Positions 63,625 through 64,000 of a stretch of 64,000 nt of DNA are shown piece by piece (positions within the stretch are counted from its first letter, which is position 1; each line of letters starts with the position of its first letter). The stretch lies in contig JAURCP010000002.1 in the NCBI GenBank assembly GCA_030828405.1, positions 3,169-67,168 on the forward strand. The letters are read 5' to 3'. Both the position numbers and the translations under genes were made by a program. Source of the DNA: Thermoplasmatota archaeon (lineage in GTDB: Archaea; Thermoplasmatota; Poseidoniia; Poseidoniales; Thalassarchaeaceae). The notes below the pieces were generated by a model. That model worked only from the letters and a program-made list of their open reading frames with translations, was not told where the DNA came from and did not search any database.

Positions 63625-64000
63625 ATGATGACCATCATTGTGGCAGCAATAGGCGGTAGTTTGTTGCGTCCAGAAGTAGAACAAAAACATGTTTGGTTAA
63701 GTCAATTAATTTCGATAATCAGAGATCGGGTCTCTGCAGGTGACAGGTTGGGATTAGTTATTGGAGGGGGTGCTCCGGCAAGAGAAGGGATAACATTAGC
63801 TAAACCATTGATTAGTGATGGCTATCACTTAGACAAGATTGGTATTGCAGCAACTAGACTCAATGCCACAATAATTAGAGAGGCTTTCACAGAAGCCGGA
63901 ATTTCTGTTTCAGGGATTATACCATCAAGTGTTAATGAAGCAGTTCAATTGCTCGAAGAAAGACCGGTTGTAGTAATGGGTGGAACTGAGCCGGGACATA
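63625..64000 (+). CDS. pyrH: Uridylate kinase (archaeal PyrH), 5' partial, continuing beyond the window
   Basis: Read manually: MMTIIVAAIGGSLLRP...LGLVIGGGAPAREGI...LDKIGIAATRLNA...VVVMGGTEPGH. This is the amino-acid kinase fold of archaeal UMP kinase type. No stop codon before the window end, so it is absent from the ORF track. Confidence 0.7.
   Translation, partial: MMTIIVAAIGGSLLRPEVEQKHVWLSQLISIIRDRVSAGDRLGLVIGGGAPAREGITLAKPLISDGYHLDKIGIAATRLNATIIREAFTEAGISVSGIIPSSVNEAVQLLEERPVVVMGGTEPGH

Overview
This is an AT-rich archaeal chromosomal segment. The archaeal assignment rests on TFB, aRF1, a stand-alone GMP synthase subunit B, a split glycine dehydrogenase (GcvPA/GcvPB), and GGTGA/GAGGT-type Shine-Dalgarno motifs. 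By inference only, the acidic proteome, the giant surface proteins and the 2-oxoacid dehydrogenase operon fit a marine planktonic Thermoplasmatota or Marine Group II-like euryarchaeon.

I support about 50 protein genes, 3 tRNAs that all encode their 3' CCA (CAU, Asn-GUU, Leu-UAA), and two blocks of in-frame tandem coding repeats. I saw no CRISPR array, rRNA, integrase or transposase.

Housekeeping content:
- glycine cleavage (gcvT, gcvPA, gcvPB) and glyA
- guaA-B, purE, gdhA
- sufS-sufE-sufT
- an XPD helicase, argS, aRF1 and a partial pyrH
- a lipA / E1alpha / E1beta / E2 / E3 / lipB lipoate-dependent 2-oxoacid dehydrogenase cluster
- a folB/folM-like pair, ubiX and a peroxiredoxin

The accessory content is a striking set of secreted or membrane-anchored proteins:
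- a membrane-tethered endonuclease I with a thrombospondin type-3 repeat stalk
- an M60-like metallopeptidase of 1326 aa
- an 841-aa TSP3-repeat protein
- a 2987-aa transglutaminase-core giant protein, followed by a 1052-aa surface protein
- a 922-aa protein whose motifs and topology match the eukaryotic CD36/LIMP-2/SR-B scavenger receptor family (the most interesting call)

Other leads:
- an amino-acid ABC permease fused to a beta-propeller, carrying a large TM insertion, and tightly coupled to the suf genes
- a GC-rich, hairpin-rich, ORF-poor 250-nt region between a tandem-RHH regulator and XPD
- an Ogt gene with no canonical start codon

All family assignments come from motif recognition by eye. 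No searches were run.
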